From a virus (lineage: Duplodnaviria; Caudoviricetes), in the IMG/VR virus record IMGVR_UViG_3300025084_000159, positions 1 through 28,690 of that record: a DNA stretch of 28,690 bases; one strand, written 5' to 3'. The notes beneath the pieces were generated by a model that searched no databases, was not told the origin of the DNA, and worked only from the letters and a program-made list of their open reading frames with translations. Shown here in pieces: positions 27,346 through 28,690 of the stretch. The number at the start of each line of letters is the position of its first letter. The first letter of the stretch is position 1. The translations under genes were made by a program, and so were the position numbers.

Positions 27346-28689
27346 ATGGCAAACACAATTAGAATTAAAAGAAGGACATATACGTCAGGAGGCAATTCCG
27401 GCGCGCCAGCTGCCCTATCGCTAGGTGAATTAGCGTTCAACGATAACGACCGGACACTTTATATTGGAGCTGGATCCTCTGGAGGTGATACCGTTTTAGC
27501 CATTGCAGGAGACGGCCTGAATTATGTTACGACAGATACTGTTCAAACTGTTACCGGCAATAAAACGTTTAGTGGAACTACGACTGCAAGTGGTACACTC
27601 GATGTTACAGGCACATTTAAGTTGGATGGAACAACTGTAAGTGCTTCAGCAGCTGAGCTTAATCTTCTTGACGATGTCAGTGGATTAGTTAAAGCAGACT
27701 TTACAAAACTTGCAGCTGTTGATGCTACCGCGGTTGAGCTTAACAAACTTGACGGAGCAACTGCCTCAACTACCGAATTAAACTATGTCACTGGTGTTAC
27801 ATCAGGTATTCAAGGTCAGCTCAATGGCAAACAAGATACTCTTACATTTGGTATTAATGACACTAATGCAGTAAAAATTGATCATGCTAGTGTTGAAGAT
27901 AATGATTACGCTAAGTTCACTGCGAATGGTTTAGAAGGAATTTCCTCGGCCGAACTCAGGGCAGAACTTGGAGCAGTCACTAGCGTCTCACCTGGTGCTT
28001 TGATAGATGTAGCAAGCACAGATAGCGGAGCGACTCAAACGGTAAGTGTCGATCTTACTGAATTGGCTGATATGACAGCCTCCATCACTGGCAGTGACGA
28101 GTTTGTTGTATTAGACGTCCCTGCAACCGGTTCAAGTGTACAAAAGAGAAAAGCTGCGAGTGAAATTCCTCTTAGTATATTTAATAACGATTTAAGCGAC
28201 ACTAATACAACCTATGATTTATCAGTCCCTGCTAGTACAACAAAAATCAACTTAGCTGGCTCAGATTCTACGAATGATTTTGTAGAAATTACTGGTGGAT
28301 CTAATGTTACTGTTACAAGAACAAGTGCAACAAAATTAACGGTTGCAAGTTCTTTTACCAATACAACATATACAGCAGAGTCAAACGGCGGTTTAGTATT
28401 GAATGGTACTGAGTTTAGACTCGATGCTGATAATATGGCAACGCACACCGGTACTTCAACCCTTGACGCGTTTATTATTCATCCCGGAGGCTCTGGTGGC
28501 TATGAAAATCCAAAAGCAAGGGCGATTGATACATACCCTATCAGTGGATTTAAAACCGATGTGGACACATCTATCACAGGTGTTGGTACTATTACAACAG
28601 GTACGTGGGCAGCTACTGATATTGCCGTGGCACACGGTGGTACGGGAGCATCAAGCGCAGCAGGTGCAAGAACTAATCTTGATGTTGAT
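27346..28689 (+). CDS. Tail fibre protein, 3'-truncated by the window edge (absent from the ORF track)
   Basis: Manual translation MANTIRIKRR...GAPAALSLGELAF...LYIG...QTVTGNKTF...ELNLLD/ELNKLDG/ELNYVTGVTSGIQGQLNGKQ...VAHGGTGASSAAGARTNL. No stop before the window end. Confidence 0.85.
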   Translation, partial: MANTIRIKRRTYTSGGNSGAPAALSLGELAFNDNDRTLYIGAGSSGGDTVLAIAGDGLNYVTTDTVQTVTGNKTFSGTTTASGTLDVTGTFKLDGTTVSASAAELNLLDDVSGLVKADFTKLAAVDATAVELNKLDGATASTTELNYVTGVTSGIQGQLNGKQDTLTFGINDTNAVKIDHASVEDNDYAKFTANGLEGISSAELRAELGAVTSVSPGALIDVASTDSGATQTVSVDLTELADMTASITGSDEFVVLDVPATGSSVQKRKAASEIPLSIFNNDLSDTNTTYDLSVPASTTKINLAGSDSTNDFVEITGGSNVTVTRTSATKLTVASSFTNTTYTAESNGGLVLNGTEFRLDADNMATHTGTSTLDAFIIHPGGSGGYENPKARAIDTYPISGFKTDVDTSITGVGTITTGTWAATDIAVAHGGTGASSAAGARTNLDVD

Positions 28690-28690
28690 G

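Noticed and set aside
2356-28448. Many 60-160 aa antisense or alternate-frame ORFs (e.g. 4246-4731, 10049-10441, 18526-18975)
   Set aside because: They overlap well-supported genes, show no motifs, and are expected shadows of codon bias.
1-28690. Stop-codon reassignment
   Set aside because: TAA, TAG (tape measure, gp6) and TGA (gp53, hub) all end genes at sensible boundaries, and coding density is high under the standard code.
1-28690. tRNA, intron, intein or structured ncRNA
   Set aside because: Intergenic gaps are under about 75 nt, genes are uninterrupted, and no such motifs were seen by eye. A covariance-model search was not possible.

Overview
A 28.7 kb AT-rich segment of a T4-like myophage (marine Kyanoviridae-style gene order, standard genetic code). 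It contains the end of a replication block (gp59, gp32) plus a secreted EF-hand gene, closed by a bidirectional terminator. A minus-strand late operon encodes gp4, gp2, gp54, gp26, a start-less gp51-like frame and a gp29-like tape measure. A long plus-strand baseplate/tail operon encodes gp48, gp53, a gp27-like hub, gp5, a 986-aa M15-peptidase protein, an SLT-like protein, gp25, gp6, gp7, gp8, a VrlC-like protein and fibre genes, and runs off the window. Main observations: (1) a predicted -1 frameshift (T TTT TTC) fusing gp26 to the gp51-like frame just before the tape measure gene; (2) a rebuilt cell-entry module with a lysozyme-less gp5 ending in an HxH tip, no PAAR gene in the window, a tethered L-Ala-D-Glu-type peptidase and an apparently catalytically dead lytic transglycosylase; (3) a signal-peptide EF-hand protein placed in the gp32 transcription unit; (4) TATAAATA late promoters positioned to give leaderless mRNAs, plus a face-to-face promoter pair. 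All protein calls come from motif recognition and synteny, not database searches.
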